Source of the DNA: Tubiluchus corallicola
Taxonomy: Eukaryota > Animalia > Priapulida
Assembly (NCBI GenBank): GCA_030141605.1
Contig: JAQGDQ010000025.1
Location: forward strand, 1 to 64,000
Length of the DNA stretch: 64,000 nucleotides
Direction of reading: 5' to 3'
Made by a program: the position numbers and the translations under genes. The notes below the pieces were generated by a model, which worked only from the letters and a program-made list of their open reading frames with translations, ran no database searches and had not been told where the DNA came from. Every line of letters starts with the position of its first letter. Position 1 is the stretch's first letter. This document shows positions 27,920 to 40,100 of this stretch, piece after piece.

Positions 27920-28160
27920 GAGTTCACTGTTTATTCAAACATACTTTACACGTGTTTTTCACACAAAACACACTCGCCTTTATTACAAGTATATAACATT
28001 TCAACAAGTAAACACAGCAAACGTATCAACAGACGTTTGACCAAGCGAAATTTGTGTAAGCATGCGCACTTATAAGGGAAACCGTCTGTATTTACAAAGC
28101 TTTTCTATGGAGTAATACACAAGTACAAGCGTCAATCATGTCAGCGATGAATAGGCGGGG
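27920..28160 (-). promoter_or_regulatory. Candidate FoxB proximal promoter
   Basis: CTTATAAG near 28070, GC-box-like GGCGGGG near 28153, and forkhead-type motifs GTAAACA (~28008) and TATTTAC (~28089). Confidence 0.45.
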
Positions 28161-29469
28161 CTTCTGCGGTGAATGAATCGCGCTGCTCCCAAGCACACAA
28201 AATCCCTTTCCATGGCCTTTCAAACGCCCTAATATAAAAATAACAGCTTATGGTCACCTCTCAATAGCATTAGGGATTAGCTTGCTAAGAAAAATAGGAC
28301 CTACGTGGCCTCTAAATAGGCGAAATAGGAAACAGATTTCGTGGTTCGTCATTCGGCCCGCTTCACGTAGATCTGACAGTGAATGATAAACGGGCCGTGT
28401 GTGGCTTGGAATTTAAGACGTACACTTGAACAATGTGCCAAGGAGATTAGAAAGCTCTCATTGCACTTTTCGTATGTTAATACAAAACACAAATGTTAGC
28501 AAAACCAGCTCAGCTTAGGCAGTGTTTCAGTTCAACTTGGCAAGCAGGTAATCCAACCTGTAATCAACAAACGGTGAGATTAAGCGAGCTTAGTTCACCT
28601 TGTCAAAAAACCGGGCAAACCGCGCGCTGCCGAGTGCTAAAAGTTGATTAGGTCTTTTGTCACACGACGTAATCGGCGCTAAGATCTAAGCAAGATGGTT
28701 AGAACATCTTAAGACGTTGTAGCGCAGCTATGTAAACGAACAATTGTCTTGTGTCAATCATCAAGGGAACCGCCGTGGGTTTTGCTCACTAAGCTGTTAC
28801 CGGATAATGACAGTAACAAGTTTATTGCAACGCCTGATCTTACTGAATTTGAAAGCCAAAACGACCAGGTGTTGGCAATAAAGACATCAAAGTCAACAAT
28901 GGATGGTTTTAATAGGAATTTGGGTTTGTTTTGTATGAGCGTGAATTCTCCCGCTCCTGGGCGCACTGGTAGAATTACAAGGAGTAAAATACGACCACCT
29001 ACGAGCGCTGTGGGTGAGGGGGAAAATGAAAGCGATCTTAAAACGCAATTTATTCCAGAGCAGGTGACTCATGCCGTATATATTAGCATAATTAATAACT
29101 TGACGTTTCCGAAAATTATTCTTGTTGGAAAACTTGATTTTTAGGTAATGAGTTTCCAATTCTACCTGTTTTGTCTAATTGCATAGATATATCAAACTAT
29201 TAATTTTTTGGAGTAATTTTGCAGGATAATCACATTTTCTCATTAAATATATACGTGAAACTCAAACAAAGGTGTGACAAATACAATGCTTAATGTTTAA
29301 ATATCACAAAAAAAATCGGTAAAGAAAAAGAAAAAACGAAAACTAATGTACGTGTAAACCTAGAAAACCTAGGAAATAGAAATGTGTCAATTCTTTTTGA
29401 AATTAATTAATTGACTGAACATCTAATTAATGCAGATGGCTATCGAGTTATTAATGACAATATTTTCTG

Positions 29470-29890
29470 GTGACTGTTAATAAAGTCACAGGAAAATAAT
29501 CACTATTTTAGCTGGGAAAAAAGTCAAAATCAATTTTAGCTATGGTTAGTGGTTAGCGTTATGGTAAAGTGGCATTTGTGTAGCATCTGCAGTGCGTTAT
29601 GCGTTATCCACCGGAGTGCGGAATAGCTGCGCAGAAATAAATAAGAAATAGGAGCACAAAAAATAACACATAACGCAGGTCAGATAAACGGCAGCATTGA
29701 AAACAATATAAACCGATTTTATCTATTCCGCACCTCCCAAAACGCATACGCATTCCGGATGCTACATAATCGCTACTTTAGGGTTAGAATTATTTCAAAT
29801 TTTCTGTGCCATTCCTGAGACTTTTTTCCTCTTACTTTTTTCCTGTGGCTTTTTTCTGTGACTCTTTACCTATGACTTTTTTACTTGGAT
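29470..29890. mobile_element. Foldback-type MITE with internal GGTTAG motifs
   Basis: AAAGTCACAGGAAAA on the left versus reiterated TTTCCTGTGRCTTT on the right. Confidence 0.5.
29574..29770. mobile_element. Nested MITE with about 50-bp terminal inverted repeats
   Basis: TGTAGCATC..TGCGT..GTGCGGAATAG versus CTATTCCGCAC..ACGCA..GATGCTACA. Confidence 0.7.
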
Positions 29891-30836
29891 TCTTTTCTCT
29901 ATCCCCAGAAAGAGATATTACTTTCTTCAGGCCGTGAATAATAAGGAGTAGAACTTCTGTGAAAAAGTCACTCAAAAGCCAGAGTTGAACCTGGGGCATC
30001 TGGCTTACAAGAAGTATGTTCTGTCAGTAAAGCAATGAGACTTTATTGACGGTTTGATAATGAAATTTAGTTATAGGCGAATTACAAGAGAATTACTCAA
30101 AATAACAAAAACGTGAAAAACATGAATTATGATTTAGCAACTATGGACGTTTTTTCGTAACAGATCTTTCCTGTTATTTCGTACAGAAAAGTAGTATTAG
30201 CAATTAATAGGATTATTAACCTATCGAAATTGTTGAAATTGGTAAGCGCATAGTATGAATCTTACGCCAATACATTTAACTGTAGTTTAAAGACATCTTA
30301 CGGCCACAAAAGTTGTAAGTTATTAACACATCGTGATCTTGTTATTGTGGAATATTTATTTGCTTTCTAAAGTATGAAGGACTCACTGTATTAGAGGAGA
30401 GGAGGAGGAGCAAGAGCAGGAGTAGCACTTTAAACGTTCTATAAAAATTGCTTTTAAGTAGTCAGTAATGGTACATAAGACCTAACACACGTTCACAATT
30501 TATAGACACATACGCAAAAATATGCAGAAAGGGAAAATTAAATTTAATGAAAATTGTAAAGACTAATAAGTGATTTTTAGTTACACATAAGTGATGATTT
30601 TGTGTTAAGTAGTTTTTCGTGGTTATTATGGCGCTCATAAAGTAAAGACTAAGTCCTGAAAGGGTAAAAACTGGAGTCCTAAAAGTCTTGACGTGAAATA
30701 TAGTTACGTTTCTAACAGGGGCTTAAAATCAGCCTGCCTGCTCAAGTGAACAATGAACAGTTTATAAAAAAACAATAAATAATACTTCGACCTTGCTTTT
30801 ACCATCTTAATTGCTAGAGGCTAGAGCGTGCGTTCG

Positions 30837-30838
<2 letters not shown>

Positions 30839-30881
<43 letters not shown>
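30839..30881. repeat. (CT)n microsatellite
   Basis: Direct observation. Confidence 0.95.
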
Positions 30882-30884
<3 letters not shown>

Positions 30885-32785
30885 TGATGACATAGTACGT
30901 AAATCGCGCGTCGCGTAAGCTGCTGGCTCTTGGTTCAAGCCCTGGCCTTCAATGAATTTTTCATAGTTTCTTCCTTACCAACATAAGACATACTTTATTG
31001 CCTCCTTCTTCGAGTGGAACAAGCTTATCAGTAATAATCTGATAAACATGTAGGCCAACAATAATTAGTTGCCAATTCGTTAACTTAACAAATCAAATTT
31101 TAAAACTAAATTACACTTTTTATGTATTCTATATTGGTACGTATAGCTGTTCAATGATTAGGTATATTTTGGTTCCTGAGTACACATGTGAATGTATACG
31201 TGTATTTCGGGCATTTTTTAAAAAAAATTTAATTGAAAAGTCCAAATGAAGTAGTTACATCAGCTGGCAACACTCGTGAAAAGCTAAGAAAAAGAAAAGT
31301 TTTATTAATTTAAATTAGGAAATTCACAGCAGCGATTAAGAATCTACTCTGGCCAAAGAGCCATCGGCCAGAGACACACGTGCATCAACAGAAGACCAGA
31401 AAAACAATTTTGAAGGGAAAAAGAGAATTTTAAAGTATATTATCCCAAAAATATTTTTCATTTAAAGTTGTATTACTTAGCATTACGCTTACTGTTCGAA
31501 AGACTTACGTAATTAGAATTTTTAATAATTTAAAATGTTCTCGCCACCTCTGACTCACTCCAAAACACATTACTGACCTTATTAACAACGTAAAGTAATG
31601 TGTACTGTTGCTTAGTATGATCTGATTCTTTCTTTTAAATTTGTGCAACGTTATCTAAACATGATTCAAACGACTTACGGAAAATGGCTGTGCTTGACGG
31701 TCATTGAAGTTTAAGTTTATAAGTTTTATACAACTTTCTCCGTATGCAAAAACAGAATATAAATGAAAACATATTTTTAAGCTTTATTTATGAACAGCGT
31801 TTTCTTGTCCTTTAAACTTATTTATAAAATAGTAAGTAAGTAATTTATTGTCACTACACCTGGTTATTTGTACAATAGCAGTTTTTAGCCTATTTTGGAA
31901 AATGTAATGATTTGTTAAATTTTTATTTTTAATTTTCTTGTAGCATGTGAAAACTCATTGATCTCATCTGACTGCTAGATATAAAGAATTTTTATTTAGT
32001 TTTAATTAAAAAAGAAATTCATTTAATAAATGAATTTATAAAATTTTATTAGCTCCTAAAAGGAAATAGCGTGCTTCTAAAGCAGTAAAATCGAGTAAAA
32101 TTAAACTTTAGTATCTCGATTTTATTATATTCCTTCCAGCAGCTAATAATTTTAATCTATCCATCTACCTATCTAAATTGTTTTAATAATTGCCACTATA
32201 AATGTGTAGCGTTGGAAAAATTTCTTAAAATTTAATAACAGCTTAACATGGGGGGGGGTAGGATTAAGGAGACTACAGATCATAAGTGGACGCATCTGAC
32301 TGGGATTTGCCAGCGCCAATCTGAAAATCACAGATTTGAGGCATTTTTCAGGCATCTAAAAGCCGTAGGTCATTACATTTACTGTGTAGAGCTACTACTC
32401 CCTCGGTTATCAGTCAAAACAGTTCAAAATACAATCAAATACAAATCAATCAGCTCTCGCTAAGTGGGTGGACGCTTGATCGCATCCGTCGCGTGCTGTG
32501 ACTGTGTACCACTGAGCGATTATCAATTAGCTAGTGTTTACTTAAATTTCAATAGATGATCTGCCCGGACGGCGTGAATGCGCCACAGCTTCTGGTTGCT
32601 AGCAACGAATGGAAGAAGCTGAGGATGTAAAAGATGAATCACGGGATTTAACTCGCTAGGTAAACACGCGAAAGGGATGCTTTGAAAAGGATAATTTCCT
32701 TTTCGGGCGAGTGATGAACACAAACGAGTTTGGAAATCATAATGGGATATGATTCTCAATGAATGCTATAGAACACCAGATCTAA

Positions 32786-33285
32786 AGGAAAGGACAAGTC
32801 ATTTAGCGTGTTGGGTTTATTTTTCTGTTATCGCTTAACCTTAGAAAAAATGTAACAGAAAAAATTGCAAAAAAACTGTCTATAAAAAGAATAAAGTTAA
32901 TTTATATTATATCTGTATAGAAATTTTCAGCAGCCGCCATTCAGTTGAAAATTATGACGTAACCGGCAGATTTCATAACTTTTCGTAAGTGCGTTCTGCT
33001 TAAGCTAATTCAGACTTCTGCAGCTTACCTAGTTGTTTGTAAAACCTTTTTATACTTTGACAGAAATTGGCAGTGTGCCAGTCTTCAGCTGTGCCAATGA
33101 GCGACGTCATTGGTTGAAGAATTGGCGTTCAAAATTGGACTGCCCAAGCGTAAAATGATCGCGACTTTATAGTGATTTTACTAATTATACGAGGCGCTTA
33201 TCACAATTATATTTTAGTAAATTTTTCTAATATTTTTCTCGAACATTGAAATCAGCCCTAACTTCACAGTAGGCTTAGCCTTTCG
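32786..33285 (-). mobile_element. Kolobok-like MITE family A, full copy in reverse orientation
   Basis: Starts AGGAAAGGACAA and ends TTAGCCTTTCG. Aligns to the reverse complement of 49938-50480. Confidence 0.8.
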
Positions 33286-33329
33286 TTGAGGTCCTTATTG
33301 ATACTGCAACTGTTGCTTCTGGTATCACA

Positions 33330-33465
33330 CTGTCGTCATCATCGTCGTCATTAGTGCAAAAGTTGCTATTGGTCTTACTGTAATTGTTGTTGCTGTTGAT
33401 GTTATTACTGCTGTTGCTGTAGCCGTTGTTGTCGTTGTCTTTGTCTTTGTTGCTGTTGTTGTTAA
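33330..33465. repeat. Degenerate (GTT/GTC)n low-complexity tract
   Basis: Trinucleotide periodicity. Confidence 0.7.
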
Positions 33466-36400
33466 GCACGTTTCCTTGGTACTTCGTGTTCCAGTGAATT
33501 TAAGAGAATAATAATAGTTGATATTACTGGCAGAGTCCTCCACATTTAAGTCCTTCGCAGTCTTAGGATTGGCTGAGTGATTCTAGCCTATGTCGTTCGT
33601 AACGGTTCGCGCTTGTTATTGTTACCGTTTTTATGTATGACTGCTTCTAAACAACAAGATAAATAAAAATGTCCCTTAGACTTCTTTATTGTTAAAATAT
33701 TGTAAAAATATTTTGTAGAAGATAGATTTTCAAATTAATGCACCGTGCATTTGTAACAAGTTTAAATTTAAGTTTGTAACCAGTTTTAACCTTATGATAC
33801 AATTTTTTTCAATTTGAGAAGTTTGTAGTATGCACTAAGAACGGCCATTTTTTTTAAAGCAAAGCGCTGTAGAAAGTATAAATACATGAAAATAAAGTTG
33901 ATTGAAATACCCGCATAGAGAAAACCAAGATTTTAACATTTTTGTAATGACGTTATTAAATTGTTGTCTTGAGTCAGCATGAAAATACTTTTAACTCCGT
34001 GCCAGAATAAAGTAAAAATTGCTACAGTAAGAGATGCAAAGATAAGATGATAAAGGTTTTGAGCCTTGAAAAATCACAAGTCTGCAGCCGTTTTGGCGTG
34101 CGGGAGGAGTTTTTGAAAATTTTCGAAGTTGGCATAGACTGAGTGATTTCCAAATAAATGCAAACAACGAGCAACATAATTATGTGGAATATAGACTAGC
34201 AAATGCACTTAAAGCAAATACTTATAGGCTGCTCATACAATAGTAATAGTATATAAATGCAACAAGTAAATGTATATAAGTAACGGATAGTAAAACAATC
34301 ACGAGTCTAACAAGACACAAGCCAAATCTTTGTATTTTCACTGAGCAAACCTGCGAATGCTTTCAGGTATAATTTTTCTAACCTTTCTTAAATTTATTCA
34401 AAAGAAATGATGGCGACGGTCTACGTTTTCCTGTCTTTGACGTTGTCAGTACATTTACGGGTATGTATTTAAAAATATATACAAAGGACATATGTGGTTT
34501 AATGAACTAAATTTGATAACACGTAGGGCTATTATTAATTTATTATTAAAACTTAAACACAGTTCGCTGCACAAAAAACAAATTGCAAGCAGTAAAAAAA
34601 GGAGTGGTATACGTAAACAACTTTTCAATATTGAAATATCAAATTTTGAAATTTTAAAATAGAATTATTTGCGTTGAAATGTAACAATGTACTTGCACTA
34701 GGCGAATGAAGCCCCAACCACCCCCTGCCAGCCCACTCCAAACCTTCTAGCTAAAATCGAAATTTTGACTTAATATGACAGTCAACCCAGGTATATTTTT
34801 TGTAGTGCCGAACTTATGCATTATTTTATGTTCTGCCTTAAACCTGTACATATTTTATGTTCACTGCTAACTCATGCGTCCATTACGGGCACTTATACGG
34901 GCGTATTTTATTTCCTTCACCTATGCTTGTTAATTTCTTTAGCACTATCATAGTCAGGCAATGTTTTATGGACAGTATTAAATCAAAATTTCGTATTAAT
35001 CGCTGTGTAATTACCCATGCAAAGTATGCTGACACCTGATGATTTGACAGAAATTGTAATAATAATCTTCTTAGCTTCGACTGAATATGGTAATTTATTA
35101 GACATTCATTTGACGTAGAGTATATTGCTAGGTGTTTCACAGTATTGCGAAACCATGCAGTGTTGTTTTGAGCTGTGAATTTGTGTGACATTATTTGTTG
35201 CTTTTTTCATCTTGCTTTATTGACGAAAACGAAGGGATAAAGCCCAACAAAATGACGAAAGATGGCAAAACAGCAAATAAAATAAGATAAAGAACAGAAA
35301 TAACTACTGAAACAGCCGAAATAAAGGTGCATTCCAAAAGAAATAGGTACTAAAAATTCTATAGGCATGATGGTATTACAGTAGTCTTAACAGCATTAAT
35401 ATTATAAGTATTACAGTATTATTAAAGTTCAATAAGTGTGGAAATATGGTCACGAAAGCTATACGGTAGGAGATTTGCTACAATAAAGTAAAAATATAAT
35501 ATTATTACTCTTACAAGTCAGTATGGTGTTATCTTGCATATTTACAGGTTCATTTTGTCGTGTTTTTACTGCACTGTTTCGTTAAACACCCATTACAGCA
35601 AAAGCAGACAAAACTTGCCGTGAAAGTAAATACTAAAAACTGCAAAAAGATGGAAAAATGACCGGAAAATGGAAGAAGAACTAATGATCCAGTGACTAGT
35701 GGAAAAAACTAAACCATGAAATTTTGATTTTTGGTTGTCATACAAGATACGGAGTTAATTACTAGAGACTAATTAATTTTTATGCCTTAAGTAATTTTAA
35801 TAGTGGAATTATAAGTTTTTTACAGCAAAACGATAAATAAAAGATTACTAATTAAATCATTTTCTTTTATTAGCAATTATAAACTCGGCAAACTACGATT
35901 ATATATGAAGGTGATATTATAATTAATAAATAATAGATAAGTAAATAAATAAATAGATAAATAAATAAATAAGTAAATAATATACGTAATTATCAATTAC
36001 TGTATCGTACCAAAAATACATAAGCACAATTAATGATAAATTAATTAATTACAATTAATTAATTGTAATTAATTATAAAATCGGCATGAAAATAATTGGT
36101 TTGCTGGTTTATACAACTAATTTCAAATGTATTCAACTAATTGTAAATCTAAAAAACATCACAGTTCATACGATGACAATCACTAGGCGTTATCAATTGT
36201 TAGGTAACGATTTTATCATACTGTTAATTCTTACCACTTTTTTTGTCTTCTTATTACTGTTTGCCCGTTTTTGCAATTAAGAAAACAAAAACCAGCATAA
36301 AGCGGTATACTAAAAATAACTATAGTAATATAGCTAGTTGCTTTGGGGCTTGTGTTTGCGACCCGATTGAGTTATCCATGTTAAATATTAGCAGAAGGAT

Positions 36401-36533
36401 GCATAAGCAACAAAAAATCTATTGAATCTTTTTTTGAATGGACAATACTGATTGCGAAGATTAAAAACTTGATCCATTCAAGTGTTTGATATTTCATTTC
36501 TTTTAGATTGACACTTATGTACAAAAGCGTGTT

Positions 36534-37105
36534 CACAAAGACCGGCAGTACGGTACGGTATGAAAAAATACCGCAATTCGTACCTTTAAAAATGCCGTAC
36601 AGTAATTTCGGACCAAATTTCGTGCCAAATAGGCACACATGTAGGATCTACTAGGAATGGCATAAAAATTAATTGTAAATACGATTAGTTCACCATATTT
36701 TATTATGAGTTTATGCAAGTATGAAAAAAACCGTTGTTTGATCTTCTGTATTATTTATTTTACGTTACATTTCTATATAGTAACATAGTCATAGAAATTT
36801 TAATAATCAGAAATAGCAGTTAAAAAACCGATGTTAAATAAATAGATGACAATAGCGGAAAGTAATCTACCCAGTTTGTAAACAACAAATTAACAATGAA
36901 CGTAATTTACGGGAAATAACAAGGGCGCTTTTAAACTGGACACTTTTGCACCCAAAACGAACAAGTTGTCCACCAATGACGTCATCGCGTGCTGAGTTAC
37001 GGACCAATGAAAACATTACGAAAAGCTGAGTAAAAATAGTACAGAAAATGTACGACAAACGTACTGACAGAATACCGTAATTCAATACCTTACTGCCAGC
37101 TTTGG
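36534..37105. mobile_element. MITE-like element with terminal inverted repeats
   Basis: CAAAGACCGGCAGTACGGTA versus TACCTTACTGCCAGCTTTG, with subterminal CCGTAC repeats. Confidence 0.55.
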
Positions 37106-37107
37106 TT

Positions 37108-37192
37108 CTCACCGTACTCATAATACTCACCGTGCTCACTGTGCTCGCCGTGCTCACCGTGCCCACCGTGCTCACTGTGCTCACTTTGCTCA
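37108..37192. repeat. 9-bp tandem repeat (GTGCTCACC)n
   Basis: Direct observation. Confidence 0.85.
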
Positions 37193-40100
37193 GCTTCTTC
37201 AGTAGTAACTGGCTGATCACAATGGTGTTTTCACGCACTTTGCTTTCATCAGCACTTCATTGTTTTACAATTAATCAATAGCCTTTTATTCACTGAACTC
37301 ATTTTAATATAGTAGTAATCATTTGCGCCCCTTTCTTCTCAATTAAAACCTTTCGTTCTTACTTAAGATCGCAATTATTTCAGTAAAGCCACGTTCACGT
37401 TGTTGTACAGAAAATGTTTTTTGCATTAATATTATAATTGTATTATAATAATAAACGCACAAAATTAATACAAGAAGAACAACATCCAGATGTGTACCAG
37501 ATGAGTAATCGACCAAAAAAATCCTACTAAAGTTAAGCATTAGTGTTTAGACTAATTATTTACGTTTTTTGCCTTCAATTCATTTCGGCAACATAATTAC
37601 TTTTTTTCAGAAAACTGCAAAACAAAATATAATAATAGTTCAAACTACTGCATCCATAACCTAGTTATGTGCTATTTTTCATACAATTGTAGAAAAAACA
37701 CAATTTTAGTAATGTTAACGTATATAATCTGCTAAATAATCTGATAAATAATTTTTGCTGCAAACTATTAGACTAATTATTAGCTCATAGGGCTGCTATG
37801 AAAATATTGGTATAGTAAGATCAACGAATATGACGTAAGCTCTTTGGCTTGCACGCAATCGTTGCTTTACTGCATTATGCACTACATTCCTTTTATGTTG
37901 AAACCACAACGCTATGAAGCATGAACGAGCACTGAAGCCAAGATTAGCGCCACCAAAACACGTCGTTTCCATTAAATTGAGTAATAATATAAGCACGAGG
38001 CGTAGACCGCCCTTAACACACCTCATTTGCGTCTCGTGATTTTATATAGTTATAATGACTTTATGTTCGGCCTGGCAGAATGGAGCTTAATAGCCTTCGT
38101 TTCCAAATATTGCCTTAACTTGCACAAACAGAATTTAGAGTGATGTCGTTTTGGTTTTAAGTTAATGGCACACCAGCTCGTAAAATAAACAGCAGGAACG
38201 TATTGTTTATTTTTAGATTTATTTCTTTCCTTCTGGTACAAAATCCGCCGTAAATTTTAAAAATGTCAAAACTTACAGGATTTGCAAATAACACTTCGGT
38301 AATTACTAATTAAAGCACATTATTTATTTATTTATTTATTTGTTTAATGTAATATTATCGCGCTTCGTTTATAATCGTAGTGTGTTCAAATTGTTTAACA
38401 TTGTGTTCAACAAATAAAGTGTACATTGTAACGAAGCCGTGACTGACAAAACTCTGTAAGCGACTCGAAGGTTATTTAAAAGACAGAAAATAGTTCGTAT
38501 GTCGCAGCAACTGTAAAAAATTAGGCGGTATATGTGGTGACCAACAGGGCTCAATTTTGGGCACACAACTGCTTTTAATTTATATCATTGACTTTGTCAG
38601 GCGTATCGAATAAACAATTTTCTGCTATATTTACCGATGACGCTAGTTTCGTTTTTGACAAGTGAAAACGTCAGGAAAAAAAGGAACGAACGAATGAATG
38701 AGTGTAAGCGTTTTAGACTAATAATAAATATATTGTTCTATAAATAAGTAAGTAAATAGATAAGCAAACAAACAACAAAAATGAACTAGAGGCAGTTGCA
38801 AAATAAATGCTACATTTATTGCAAAAAATTGTTACATTTTGCATGATCTGTAGCAGATTTGAAAATAAGCTAGAATTGGTTGCCAGTCTGCGGAGTTGGC
38901 AAAGAAAAATTTCGTCCCTTTTAAATTAATCGCGAAATAAGCTAAGCCAGCTTTTTGTTGGACTTTGATACAGTTCTTTAAAAGGATACAAAACCACTTA
39001 CGCAACGATATCACGCATGGAGAACGTTTTAAAAATAATGACAAGGACACTAAGCTTTTAAATTTACAGGATTGCAGGCGCAATATGATTGAAGAAAAAC
39101 TCAATTGATTATTTAATTAGAGGGCGCCGAACACAACGACCAGTCATCAGCCACTATATTAATTGCAGAGCGCTCGTGGCTGCCCATTTCCAAATATTGA
39201 CCAGAGAAATCACACTTTGTGTGCTGTTGTTTGCTCTGGCGTTTGCCACTTGAAGTTGATGAATGTGGTTCCCTAATTGAAGAAGTTAATGAAAGGGCTG
39301 ACCACTCCTCCACGCTTGCATTGTCCCGCAGATTAGTACGGAGTAGATCTCGTCACGCTGAATGGAAGCCAAATCAACAAAGAGTTGGTGATTTATGTAA
39401 TAATCTACACCAGTATGCTACAGTATCATGGCAGCCTATAATTAGAAAATTAGTGGAAATTCTATAAATTAAAGTAAATTAACAATTATTGATTTTTTCA
39501 AAACAAGTTTTTTCAAGTTTCAAGTTTATATTTTCACTGGACATAAATTTACATAGAGGCTGCGTGAAAAATATACGTGAATATGTTAAATTAACAAAAC
39601 TTACCAAAGCCAAGTTAAACTTTGCAAGACCCGCGCGGCAAACTTGGCACGCAAAATAAAATTTGAAAAGTTCGGAAATAAATGTAAATTTGAACCTGCC
39701 TTAAGTCCTCTTGACAATTGATTAATTAATTTATTCAAATTTAATTAAAAACGCAGTAACTATTTAATTACAATAATACTAAATTCAAGATTGCCAATTA
39801 ATGTTAAAGTGTACTTACAATTATATAATTTTTGATGCCAAATTTCACGGACAAGAAAGCAAAATGAAAAAAATCGGCCCAGATTTGAACCAAGAATTAT
39901 TGGATTGCAAATATAACGTTGCATAACCCTTGAGACCTTAAATTAATTTTAACACATTACTGAGTAGTCGGACATTTATAAGCAATTAGCTATATACTCG
40001 TGCTAGAGTATTATTACTAACTAACTATATTATATTTTGTATAATTTATTTACAGACTACAATGATGGCTGTTAATTTATTATTAATTACAATTAGGTTA

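Noticed and set aside
28749-29144. 131-aa ORF divergent from FoxB
   Set aside because: Non-ATG start and no recognisable motif. More likely regulatory DNA.
29543-29790. Interstitial telomere (TTAGGG-like motifs)
   Set aside because: Only a few degenerate units, lying within a foldback element.
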